In this document: piece by piece, positions 1-11,997 of the stretch
Layout: every line of letters starts with the position of its first letter
Position numbering within the stretch: position 1 is the stretch's first letter
DNA from: Lingula anatina
Taxonomy: Eukaryota; Animalia; Brachiopoda
Direction: 5' to 3'
Length of the DNA: 64,000 nucleotides
Assembly: GCA_051362555.1 (NCBI GenBank)
Contig: CM120646.1
Coordinates: 4,030,001 to 4,094,000, forward strand
Program-made: the position numbers and the translations under genes
The notes under the pieces: generated by a model
Seen by the model: only the letters and a program-made list of their open reading frames with translations
Databases searched by the model: none
Told to the model about the DNA's origin: nothing

Positions 1-148
1 GCCTACTTGTCACCTTAACTGACTCAGATTCTTATGCTGTCTTGTCAAACAAGCTATTGGAACTATCCATCTGTGACGTAAACATTTTGGTTCTCACGCA
101 TCAAAACTGGTTTGATGCAGGTAAGACACTTACACTAATATTATGAAG

Positions 149-151
<3 letters not shown>

Positions 152-191
<40 letters not shown>
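152..191. repeat. (TC)n microsatellite
   Basis: Seen directly. Confidence 0.95.
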
Positions 192-193
<2 letters not shown>

Positions 194-1799
194 TAGGACC
201 ATGCATATATATATAGCTTCATGTGTCTAAACATTGTCTTTGACTTTGTTGTTTGGTCAGTCGCAGAGAAGTGTACTCTTGACCAGCAGTTCCCTTGCTA
301 CGTAAACTCTGACTGTTTGCACATTACGACTGGATTGAAGCTGAATCTGCATTAATGGACAGGTGTAAATTTCTCTTTCAGGAGTCTGCTTTTGAGATTC
401 AAAATTTAAGAAAAAACTAAGGAAATTTCTTTAAATCTATTTTTCAGCCATATTCAATCATTCTTATAACTACCCTCCGAGTCTTTACTTTAAAAGGTTT
501 TATCTGTGTTAATGGAAGACATTTTTAGCTTTCAATGCAGCGCTCTTACATATGTTTAAAGACATCTATTAAATAAGTCAGTTTCATTCTATAGTAATTA
601 CGTAAAAGGCATCTTGGAAAATAGAACATTGTGATTGATAAAATATCAAACAAAGACCACCCTCTCAAAATCAAAGACCTCACAAACTGTCCTTTTAGAC
701 CACACGCACAAAGACCTCGTAAATTGTCCTTTTTAGAAAGACCACACTCGCGACAAATTATGGTATTCATTCAAGTGTTGAAAGTGTGTTAAAAATTACA
801 CGCAAAGATGTTGGGTAATAAAAATGGTAAGGGGGGAGGGAGGGGGTGCTTACTCTGGATTGAATGATGGAAAGCGTTTGTTTTAACAGAAATTTAAGAA
901 CAAAGGTTACTAGTTGTATATGAAATGCAAAGCATTTAACACACGCAAGCACACACACATATTTTATAAAGGCTCTTTTTCATCTATAAGCAATATTTTT
1001 ATAAAAAGTCAAACTATAAGACGGATGACTTTTTCTACTGATCGCATCAGTGCCTTTTGCTTGTACGACAAGAGTGGTTATGTAGGAAAACATGTCTATC
1101 CTCGTGCTGCTACTTGTTTGTGCCTATTAACTTCCATAGTTATTAACGCTTCAGCCCACTGAACAAAATAGAACATCAGAGCTTTAAAAACCTCATGTTC
1201 CTTCTTTGTAGCACAAAACACGGAAACAAAAAGCCGATGAAATATAAGATCTGTTCAAGATTAACTTTAGTGTCACCTGAAACATACAGTATCGTTTGTA
1301 CCATTCAGTGATTATTTTGCGGTATGAAATAAGAAATTTAATACCTATGATGACTTGGAGTTTTTATACCTTAGCGGACCCTAGCGTTTTTATGAGGGAG
1401 GTGTGTAGGGGGGGGGGGGGGGGCTTCCGAGGTTCCGCTTGCATGTCTGAATGCATGAAATGATAACATAAATAATAAAAAAGCAATAATAATGAACAGT
1501 TGTGGTAATAATAATAATAACGCTAATTGGTAAAGCCCCCGCCCCTCATCTAATGAGCTCACTGGTTCTGCCGATATGAATTCAGCTTGCCAGTGTCTTT
1601 TTTAACGTAAAATGTCACATGTAAAATACAAATTTAAACACAGTACACAGACAAGGTACCTTTACTTTGTGGTAAATGTACTAGTAATGCACAGAAGAGT
1701 ATGGCCTAATTGCAGTATTATGCAGAAATAATTAGAGTGTCGGAAATTAGAGCTAACGTCCCCATAAAATTTCTCAGCGTAGTGAAACATGGCATCGAC

Positions 1800-1802
1800 C
1801 TC

Positions 1803-1839
<37 letters not shown>
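1800..1839. repeat. (TC)n microsatellite, interrupted
   Basis: Seen directly. Confidence 0.9.
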
Positions 1840-4800
1840 TCAGCCACAGTTATAGGCGTCTTCATTTCAGTGACACCAAAGTTTTAGTTTGACAATATAT
1901 TTGCGCCTGCGGACGTTGAGCATGTGCAAACTCATCTGTAAAATAGTAATAATATTTTAAATAAAAAGTTCGCGCACATACAAGTCCATTTGACCGTACA
2001 CCTGTATATAACACACATATACCATCACAATACCGTCCTTTATTTACACAGAATTGAACACAATAGTGCACCATCCACATGCAATTGATCCACACTTCAC
2101 TAAGCCCACATATATACTGTACACAGCTGATTTCAGCAGCAAGTGACGCATGTATTGATCTCAAATGTGCATTTGGGACGCTACTAAGCACATTGCAATT
2201 AAGTCTGTACTTCCATTTTAATCTTCACTTATTCATATTTCAAACAGACCGAACTAGAACGCTCCATATGCGGGTATTGTTAGCCACATTGCAAGTTCAG
2301 TTGATGTGCTACGCTGCTGCATTATGCTAAGGTTGTTTTTCTATAGTAAGCACGTTACGCTGCGACACACAGAATAAGGCACATATAATATCCAGTGACA
2401 TTATGTGGCGGGTCACACCATTTCGGAGCCGTTTAGGACTGGAATAGGGAAAGAGAACACCATAAATCTAAGCTTCAGCATGATCGCGAGAGACAGGAGA
2501 GACGCCGACTGTTCTTAAGAAACCTTGTCAGGTGCTGCTGAGTTGCACAGGCGTTTGAGGCGTCCTTGTCAGGGAGCAAGGACAGAAACACAGAGGTAGG
2601 TAGAGGTTCAGTTTTGACAAATCAAACTGGGAAATCCCGATCCGGTAATTGGAATCCGGATCCGATAATTGTCACCTCACACCGACCCTCGGCTACTGGA
2701 TTGGGGGGGGGGGGGGGGGGGGGGGGTAAGGGGGGTAGGTGTTTACATACCCATGGATATGGATTTATCAACTTGAAGGGACTGTTAAACAGAAGCGGGA
2801 GGTTTTTACACATCGCTTAGTCATGGCATCTAACCAAACACTGTAACTTGTTAAGACTATATAATACAGCTTTAAGTCACTTTACGCTGTCATGACTGCT
2901 ACTGTCACTCGTAGGGGTCTTAAATAATTTCTGATCGGACATGTGCTGATTGTAGAGATAAGTAGACCACAAAGAGTCAGATCGATTAAAATCACAGCTC
3001 AGAAGACCGCGGGAGAGCGACATAGAGCCCTGTCCCCTGCAGCCTTCTATCGACAGGATAAGAAGAACGACTGCTCTTTATTATAGGTTTCAGTGATGAT
3101 GAAAAAAATGACGAGCTTCAAAATCCATCAATTTACCGCATTCAGAGAACGAAATGAAAATCAACCCTCAAGGTGATTCCATTGATCAGTCCATTAGAGT
3201 GTTATTTCCTCTGTTTCACTTGTACAGACAATGAGGTACGGTTTAGGTAGGGTCTGTTGGTCTGGGACGGTCACTTTACTGGCGTTTCCATGACTTTGCT
3301 AAGGACGGGAGGGGGTGGGGTTGGGGGGGAGGGAAAGGAGGAGGGGGCACAAATACAAAATAGTAGATGAGGATATTTTTACTACAATATGTATACTATA
3401 GGGATGAAAAAAACTGTTCGATTTACTGTTTTAAAGGGAAGAGGGGAGGTAGTTAAGGGTAAAGGCGGCTCAGGTGCCCACTAGCGGATTGATTCAGTTT
3501 ATGATGTGATTATAACGTATAAAAATAAACTCCCTTTTGTGTCGACATTTATTGAAAATTTGGCTTAATTTCAAGCAGTCTTTTCGTTCGTTTGGAGAGT
3601 GGAAAAGGGAGGGAGATTGAAATAAAAATCATATTTGAATTTAGTTCCATTTTGAGGAGCTATGTTTGGAGTCTGGGGATTTCGAAAAAGCTTTAATTTT
3701 TTTCCAGAAAAAAAGGGGTGGTGGTGGTGCTTTTCAAGCCCTAAAATGGAATTATGAATTGCTAAATTTATAAAAAGAAATTAGATGATTTTAGTAACCG
3801 TTCACTGCTGGAGCAAGGACATGGAAAAGGAGGGACTAAAAATGTTGTTCCCATTTTGCCAAGAATAACATTTTGAAAATAAAATACAGATTTGGACTTA
3901 TCACAATGTCTTTTTCTGCCTCAGACCATGGCATCGAGCTTGCGACAGATAAGAGAACGGTTTTAACTCATTCTCACAATGGCTGTTCTCCAAATAGTCG
4001 TAAGTCTGGTGTAACAGAACCTTTACTTGTGATACAAGGTGCTTTAACCCTTCATCAAGCTCAACCTTGTGATCAATGACCCGAGACGAGGGGTAAAAAC
4101 ATCATTTTCTTATATGTAAAAAAACAAGTGTAGTCGTTTTTGACACGATTTATTTTTCTATCATCACTACACAAGACGCAATGAAAAATCTATTTCACCG
4201 AGAATGTAATGGCGTCATGGTGGATTGCTTTTATGTCGTCTGTCAAACACACAGATGCTTAAAATAAAAGCAGTTTAAGATCGTCGACATTTTATTGAAT
4301 AGAGGTTAGAAAAAGTGGTGTTTCAAATTACGGTAGTACAGAAGCACGTAATCGTATTACATGTATAAGATGGTGTATGGCGTTCAGAGCATTGACTGTC
4401 ACGCAAGCGTTTTCAAATGGAATGGATGAAATGACCCCAACTTATTATAGTGTGTTCAGTCAGGTCGAACCAGCAGCAACTTGGATTTCCAAAAAGATGA
4501 CTTCTCTGTGGACCTTTACTTTGGTATTTTCACCCCGTCCTGTTTATAAGGCAAGCTCGGATTAAAGTAACGTAAACTGGTTTTATCCAGCTAATAAGGG
4601 GTTACTGGCAGTAGTTGAACTTTACGTAACATATTTTTTGTCGTCCTAAAGGTTACTGATGCGCTGCACCATATAAAAAGGCTCGATATCCCGGGGTTCA
4701 GTTAGCTAAAAAGGTAAAAGCGTCTACTACAATTCATTTCTAGCCTCGTCGTCCGCCTTTGAAAGTTACAGGGGCATTTTTAAGAATTAGATTACCTCCA

Positions 4801-5444
4801 GCTAGAGCGAAACTCGGGGCGCGGTCAGAGCAAAGAAATAAGATTTGAACTGTCAAGCTGCGCCACAGGTTGCGCCACAGGAATTTAGGGTAAGAGTGAA
4901 TTCTAGAAGAACGTGAAGACATACAATATGTTGCATTGAGCCTTAGTAGTGCTGGTTTGGTCTAGTGAATTAATAGATGTTTTTCTGAGAAGCCAGAAAA
5001 GTCAGATAAGGCAAGGCAAAGAAAACATCGCTGCGCTGGCACTTGAGCAGCTTCCATATTGACCTGGTCTTGCTCTGTGTGACTTAATATTATTTCGTTT
5101 TTCAGCAGTCTAGTGAAATAATATAAAGCAGGTTCTAATTCAGTTTCACTGGTTCGATTTTTTCATACGGTGATCACTCACAAAATTCAAACATCGTTAT
5201 TTATTTATCTATTTATAAAATGTATTAATTGATGAATTATACATTTATTCATATAAGCAAAAGAATTTTTGTTTCAAAGTTTTGGACAATAATTTTCAAA
5301 CTTTACTAGAAAAACAGGATTGGAGGTGGGAATAACTGAGAACTTTTGTTCGAATTTTTAAAGTATTTACGGTAGATAAAGACAGGGAAAATGACTTGCG
5401 AAAAAAAAAAGTGACTCATTTTCTAACCTTAGCTCTTTATTTCA

Positions 5445-5586
5445 CCGGTGTGTGATAAGAATGGTAGTCCTATGGATGTCAATAGTCCTATTTAATAAGT
5501 ACTGGTGAGGGCTAGTCAGAGTATTAGGGTTAGTATATGGGACACATGTCACCTGTGCAAACGGACTACGGTTCTTGTCACACCGG
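5445..5586. mobile_element. MITE, family C, copy 1
   Basis: TIRs ccggtgtgtgataagaatggtagtcc / ggactacggttcttgtcacaccgg, with an internal ttagggttag. Confidence 0.62.
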
Positions 5587-5964
5587 GACACCGGGACTTC
5601 ACTTCATGAAGAGGTCCGACACACCGGCCCCACGCACACGAAGGTTTGCGAGCTGAGCTAACGGCAACGTGAACCTTATAGCTCAGCACTTCGCCTTCGT
5701 TATTAAATGATTTGTTTTCCTGCATGTGGCCGACAACTAAATTGACTGTAAAGAGCGAGCACCAAGTGTACGCTATTTGAATGTGTGCGCAAGTGGTTTC
5801 TCAATGATGTAAATATAGGTTTTTCTCATTGCATTGGGGGAAATACAAAACAAACAAACCGATGCATATCATACATAGTAAGCACCTTTTTTACCAAATA
5901 ATATTCTACATTTTCAGATAAGAAGTGGGCCATAAATTACTGTCTTCCAAAGGAAAATCCGAGT

Positions 5965-6897
5965 ATGGCAGGTGTAAATACGGCAAAAGCGCTCACGCCC
6001 AATGAAGCGAGGATCGGCCTGCTGATACAATTAGCCATATGGTGCTTTGTCGGAGGTGCGGTCGGCCTTGTGGCGTATGGCCCGCTCTTCACCGACGATC
6101 ACGCCATCAGAGATTCGGTCAAGGATATATTCGGCCATCCAGATATTGAGAGAGCGATCACAACTGCGCAATCCCTTCTTATTGCAACCTATGTCATAGG
6201 TTTCCTCCCATTGGTGGCCGTGTTGATTGCCTGTGTTTTGTTGGTTCTAATTTGCCGACAAAAGAGGGCACTTCGCACGCAGATTCTCTTTGGGATTCTG
6301 CTTGTATCAGCCTTGACGCTCTTCATATGCGGAGTGGCAGTTCTTGCCATAGCGGACCAAGGGCGTAAAAACTGGAGCGCAGACTCTGATCAAACTTTCA
6401 GAGTATTGAAAAGTGACATTTTGACCAAATATGGCATGTCAGAAACGCACGAGAAGCTTACAGACGGATTGGACAGAATTCAAACGCAGTACAAATGTTG
6501 TGGCGTTGATAATGTCACCGATTTTTGGGAAAGCCAGTGGAAGGCAAATTTTGGACAAAGTGCCCCTGAAAGCTGTTGTAATTTAGAAACGGACGAAAGC
6601 AACACTACAGCTTTGGAAAAGTGCAAACAGGAAGCGGAATATCTCCACGCCAGGATTGAGACAAATATCACTGTCCTGCAGGTTGAAGGTTGCCGAGATG
6701 CCATCAAAACCTTCATAGAAGGCCAGGTCTTTCACACCTTAATTCTATCGGGAGGTGTTGCTTCTTTCTTGGCCTTCGTCGTTATTGCTCTGGTCATTGC
6801 AATTATTGTGTTATCAGTGTTGGATATGAGGAAGACAAAGAAGAAGGTAACTTTACAGGAAGTGGATTCAAAAGCACAAGCGCAGGCGCTGCTTTGA
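5965..6897 (+). CDS. Tetraspanin family protein, 310 aa, single coding exon
   Basis: Four hydrophobic segments. The large extracellular loop has the tetraspanin signatures YKCCG, PESCC and EGC (6 Cys) and N-glycosylation sequons NVT, NTT and NIT. A splice acceptor (ttttcag, AG at 5916-5917) lies just upstream, implying a 5' UTR intron. Confidence 0.92.
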   Translation: MAGVNTAKALTPNEARIGLLIQLAIWCFVGGAVGLVAYGPLFTDDHAIRDSVKDIFGHPDIERAITTAQSLLIATYVIGFLPLVAVLIACVLLVLICRQKRALRTQILFGILLVSALTLFICGVAVLAIADQGRKNWSADSDQTFRVLKSDILTKYGMSETHEKLTDGLDRIQTQYKCCGVDNVTDFWESQWKANFGQSAPESCCNLETDESNTTALEKCKQEAEYLHARIETNITVLQVEGCRDAIKTFIEGQVFHTLILSGGVASFLAFVVIALVIAIIVLSVLDMRKTKKKVTLQEVDSKAQAQALL

Positions 6898-8994
6898 CGT
6901 CATAACATGTGACCTGCTCCAACTGTACTATTTAGATTATCTGAAAACCATATGCCATTACAGAGATGTTGAAACATCGTTCTGTCGTTGCCGATTGTGA
7001 TTTAAAGAACATTCCATTGAGGAAGGCTCAATTATACGTGAATTTGCAAATAATCTAGATTAAAAAGTTCTGAATTAGATTTTATCATCAGTGACAAAGG
7101 CAGTCATGCTTTCTACAAGTACAACTATATTGCTTAGCGTATCATATTGCAGAATCTTGTACAAGAATATTGCTGAGCCTTTCATATTGAATGGTCTTGT
7201 AGACGTATATTGCTAAGCGCTTCATATTGACTGATGTAGTACAATTGTATTGCTATTTTAACGTTATTATACTGACCGATCTTGAAAGGCATCCCATAAC
7301 GTTTACAACTAACGTATTTCTAAGTATAAAGTATATGACTTCTTATCGTGATTGCTTTTACCCATGGGCACCGTGTGGCATTCCTATTGCAGTCTGCAAT
7401 TACATTATAAGCGGTATTATAAAAATCTCTGTATAAAAAAGCGCTCTTGCCAAGAGGAGCAATTGTTAATGGGGGTATATTGTGGCATTAAGAATGACTG
7501 AGCTCTTTGTGAACCTAAGAGGACAACGCTGTTTTGTTAGAAGTTGGTGTACATACCTGTAAATTTGTAATCTGCTCTTCCAAAAAGACCCGAGACATAA
7601 TTAAGTCACGCGATGCATTGAAGTTTAAACTGTTTACAATACGCTGTTAATCAAAAGGTTTGTAAGACAGCCGTATTCATGTGTTATGTTTACACATGAT
7701 TGCATTGCAGTTTTAAATTAGTATTTTTTATTATCGATGGCACATGTAACATGACTTATGGTATAGAATAACAAAATACCGGTGTAGATATCCATTTCTT
7801 TATTATTTATTCAAAATTAGAATTCTAACCGTGATTTCGAAAGAAGCAAAATGTCCAAAAATTGAAATGACACCTTTAAATGTCACCACATTTAGACCCA
7901 ATCAGCATCTCAAGGTGCTCTTTAAATGCCACGTGTCTAATAGCGTGTGCCTACCTCGTACTATCTCCTACAGGCGGCGCGGTAAGCTTTTAACAGGGGT
8001 CACGAATCTGTCTTGTGGGATATTATTCTATTCTTCCTGGAGATTTTGACAGAGTGTGTCCAAATTATGGGGGGGGGGGGGTTGATACTCCGTGCACCGC
8101 GCACTGCAATTAAACCAACCAGAGCACAAAAGTGTAAGAGTTTAAAGACGGTTGTTCCATATCCTCAGAACATTGCATGCGCCTCCCTGCAATACCTCAT
8201 CAAACAAAAAGCGTGAGTGTTTACTGGAAATTGCATTCGACCCATTTTGATAAGGGAAAATGAGGGAAACTGATGTGCCCCAGCCTTGAATATGCAACAA
8301 TACCGTGCTTATTTTTCATTATTTCCCACCCCTTTATGCCCCCCTTTTAGCCCCCCTCCCACTCCCGTTGACCAGGAGAACAACGAACCCATCAGTAAAG
8401 CTGGTCAGAACGCCCGTCAACACAAGTCTATAATACTTTGTCTTCTTTGTCAGCATTTCCAACCAGTTGATCTGCAGACTTACAGAAATATGGCTCGACC
8501 CACTTGGCAAATGCCCCCTCTTAATCTTCGAAATTATCCCCTTCTTCCCTCTGAAAAAGTAATTATCCATCCCTGCGTCCTACATAGTATGATTAAAAAG
8601 AATCTCGTCTACTGTTTATATGAGTTTAAAATATTTTAGCCTTGTGACCCCCACTTTATCCAAATTGTACATCCACCAGTCATGCATGACCACAGTGGAC
8701 AACATACACGGACATGTTCTATAACTTATAGAAGACAAGCTGAAGGCTATGCCAGTCATAGAAAACGGAAAGGTAGAAGAACGCATCAGACGTTATACAA
8801 TGTTGAAGCAAGAGTGTTCGCGTGTTCTTTTAAATCAAGGTTAAAGTTGTACAAAATTGATGATCTTAGCCCGGTGGTTTGACACAGCAACAGCTACATT
8901 TGTCGTCAACAAGGAAAACATTTCAGTTTTTTTTTAAAGCAAGTCTGTATTTTATTCAAAAAGATTGTGATACAGTCACTATTTGTTGTGGGAG

Positions 8995-9148
8995 CCGTGT
9001 TGCAGGAATTACAGTCCAAAGAATTTAAGTTCATATGACTGGTAAAAGCTTGGATTATCGTAGTTAATATATGGAAAGAGTGACACCTTTACAAAGTAAT
9101 GAGAAACGGACTACAGTTCCTAGCGGACTACTATTCCTGTCACACCAG
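8995..9148. mobile_element. MITE, family C, copy 2 (degenerate)
   Basis: Ends ccgtgttgcaggaattacagtcc / ggactactattcctgtcacaccag, related to the termini of 5445-5586. Confidence 0.55.
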
Positions 9149-9188
9149 TGGCTGTTCCTGGTTACCAATTGCGAGGACAGACTAAAAT

Positions 9189-9242
9189 GCACAACTGGCA
9201 TGACAACTGGCACAACTGGCATGACAACTGGCACAATTGGCA
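9189..9242. repeat. 21-bp minisatellite (gcacaactggcatgacaactg), about 2.5 copies
   Basis: Seen directly. Confidence 0.85.
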
Positions 9243-10184
9243 TTAGAATCAAACACGAATAATCTGCGCGATCCCAGATATATAGCTTAATAACTGCAAT
9301 AGCATCTTTTTTTCTTATGACAAATCTAAAACACAACTCGCACACAACGTCAAAAAAGCATCTCAAGTTTACAATCACTTTCGATAGATTCCGGTGGTAA
9401 CGTTCCAAATAGAAGCAAAACCTGGTACACTCTAAGTAAATGCTGGCCAAGTTTCACAAAACGGCTGAAGCACAAAATTTGGTGTAAACTTGTAAATAAA
9501 AAACTGGTTTACTCTACTTAGTTTGAAATAAATGTATACAAGTCCACTTAAATAAACTATAAGTCTGAAACATTAACCGTTTCTCTCTTGTCATGAAACT
9601 GGCGCAGTATCCCATTTAGTTGGACGACTGTCAATTTACTTTGTGTCAAAATAGACAAAAAATTAGTTTAAACGTTTAAATCAGTTTTCGGATTTCACAT
9701 ATAGCCCTTTCATGTAACACTCCTAACAGGGACTGTGATAGCCAACACATAAATCGGAGCTCTACTAAGTGATATATTGGCGATCAAGTGAAAAGACATT
9801 CCATTTCCCCATTTACAGTGTAAAAGTTAAGAAGACATTGATGAACAGTTACCTCATGAAACAACAACGTTTACATTTCAAGAAACGTAAAACAGTCAGA
9901 TACTTATAACATTCCAGCAGTGTCACTGAGGCGTAAACACCTGTGATCATATACTTCAACAAATATTTCATGAATGAACAAAATATTAACAAAGGTACTT
10001 AAGCAAAAGTAATACAGCGTTAACCAGTTGTTGCCTCCTTGAAGTCTCCTGTGAGATTTCCTTTCAGACTAATAAATGCGAAGATTATTGTTCAGATTAC
10101 GATGAATTACAAGGTACTTCACTACCATTATAGACACGCACTACATATTGCCGTCCTCTTAGCTGCTCGTGTTAAGAAATATTC

Positions 10185-11639
10185 TTATAGTTTTGATTCC
10201 ACAACATTACCATTAGGACCAGAAGAGGACGAAGCACAAATGGAGGAGTTTGAGCTTCCGACACACTGTCCGTCCTTGCTCGAAGTTTCAACCGAGGGAC
10301 GTTGCGATCCTTCAGTAGTGTCGGTCTTCTTATGGTAAGTGCCCATCTGCATGGCGGCCGCGGCTGATCTGTTAGAGGCGTGCAGGGTCCTTCTGTTAAC
10401 GATGGTATTGGAGGATACCCCAGTCGGGGACATGCTCCGCTGGCGCTGACAGGAACGGTTCCTGAACACGAAGGATAACTCGGAACGAAACACAGTGCCG
10501 GAGATACAGTACAGAAAGAAGTTGATAGCAAAGTTCATGACATAAAAAATATGGGTGATCTTTTTGATGCCTGAATAGGTCCGAGACTGGGCCCTGTCGG
10601 GTGCCCCTTCGATGTATTGGTAGAAGTAAGTGACAATCCAGGTGACCACGTAAGGGATAGCAAGCACGACGTAGCACGTGGACGTGACCAGTAGCATCGC
10701 CGTGGTTTTGTCTATAAGAGATTGTTCATCGCTCGAGTCGTTTTTCTTTGAGGACATCTGCCGGCGCTTTCTCTTCACCACATCCAGGATGCGAATAGTG
10801 ACAGTATTGAATACCACAACTATAACAATAGGGAGGATAATGGACATACCAATTTTGAATACGATAGAGCACACCAGGTACTCTTCTATCATAGCTGGCT
10901 TCACATTACATCTATACGAATTGGGGTTGCTTACCGATGGAATGTAGTCGAAGAGCACAAAGAAGTATGCGTTAGACGCCAGGCTGAAAAGAAGCAATAC
11001 CACTATCATCTGCTTAGCCCTCTTGGCGGTGCAAATAGACTGTCGTTTCAGCGGGAACGCCACGGACACAAACCGCTCAATGGTGAAGGTGACGATGATC
11101 CAGGCAGACATGCACCTTCCAACGGCGCTGAGGTACCAAAGCGGCAACCAGAAGAAGCAGCTCTCGGTCCAACCCTGAGCCGTTACCAAGACCTCCAGCA
11201 TGTCGCCTAGCAACACTACGGAGTCACAGACAGCCAGGCCCACCAGGTAGCACGAGGTGGACGTGTCGCGTAGACGGGAGGCCAAAAACGTCACCAAGGC
11301 CAGGATGTTACACACCATTCCCAAGGGAGCCATAACCAGGATGGAGTGATATTCCGCCAGGAAAGCCAGACACAAAAACTGCACATCCAGACTGCTTGGA
11401 GCGTCACAGCCCCCGGCACTGGACATAAACCGGACATTGGAATGGTTGGTGTAGGTGACGGCGGTCTCGTTGCTCATGTCCATCGGTGAAGGTGTAGACC
11501 GCAGATGGGGAATGGTTTCAGTTTCAGGCTGCCAGCCAGCTGTCGTAGCCTTGTTTCCCATCACCATGGGATGCCCCGTTGTTTGGATATCTAGAATACT
11601 GTCAATGGTGATGAACACGTCTTCGTCTTTTGCATTCAT
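10185..11639 (-). CDS. Class A (rhodopsin-like) GPCR, FMRFamide/sex-peptide-receptor-like orphan clade, 484 aa, single coding exon
   Basis: Seven TM segments: TM1 GMVCN, TM2 LAVCD, TM3 TIERF (DRY variant), TM6 CYVVLAIP, TM7 NFAINFFLY (NPxxY variant). Candidate disulfide Cys residues (ESCFF, YRCNV) and a Ser/Thr-rich tail. An acceptor ttgcttttcag on the minus strand (AG at 11661-11660) lies 20 nt upstream of the ATG. Confidence 0.93.
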   Translation of the reverse strand: MNAKDEDVFITIDSILDIQTTGHPMVMGNKATTAGWQPETETIPHLRSTPSPMDMSNETAVTYTNHSNVRFMSSAGGCDAPSSLDVQFLCLAFLAEYHSILVMAPLGMVCNILALVTFLASRLRDTSTSCYLVGLAVCDSVVLLGDMLEVLVTAQGWTESCFFWLPLWYLSAVGRCMSAWIIVTFTIERFVSVAFPLKRQSICTAKRAKQMIVVLLLFSLASNAYFFVLFDYIPSVSNPNSYRCNVKPAMIEEYLVCSIVFKIGMSIILPIVIVVVFNTVTIRILDVVKRKRRQMSSKKNDSSDEQSLIDKTTAMLLVTSTCYVVLAIPYVVTWIVTYFYQYIEGAPDRAQSRTYSGIKKITHIFYVMNFAINFFLYCISGTVFRSELSFVFRNRSCQRQRSMSPTGVSSNTIVNRRTLHASNRSAAAAMQMGTYHKKTDTTEGSQRPSVETSSKDGQCVGSSNSSICASSSSGPNGNVVESKL

Positions 11640-11962
11640 TTCAAGATGACCGCTGAACTCTGAAAAGCAACAATGATGGTAGAATTAAACAAGGAACACG
11701 TTTACACTACATCATTTTGTAAATTATCATTATTATATACTCGATGAATATCACAAAGAAATAACAGCACATACAACTGCATAGATTATTTTGGCATCAG
11801 TGTGATATTACAGCTCGATTTTGTACAGCGTGGTCGCGCTAGCTCGCTAAGGTTCATCGCAAACCTCATTCGAGGGATCTTTTGTTCATTATCTGCCAAA
11901 CGTATTCGTTCCTCTGGTTTATTATTTGTTTGTTTTTAATTTTTTTGTTAATTTATATTATT

Positions 11963-11963
<1 letters not shown>

Positions 11964-11997
<34 letters not shown>
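11964..11997. repeat. (TTTA)n microsatellite
   Basis: Seen directly. Confidence 0.9.

Noticed and set aside
2703-3348. G-runs with G-quadruplex potential
   Set aside because: G/C homopolymers are scattered throughout the window, often within MITE remnants, so there is no specific evidence of function.
10039-11649. Several overlapping or antisense ORFs at the GPCR locus, and similar ones at the tetraspanin, GST and BBX exons
   Set aside because: These are shadow frames of real coding sequence with no independent support.
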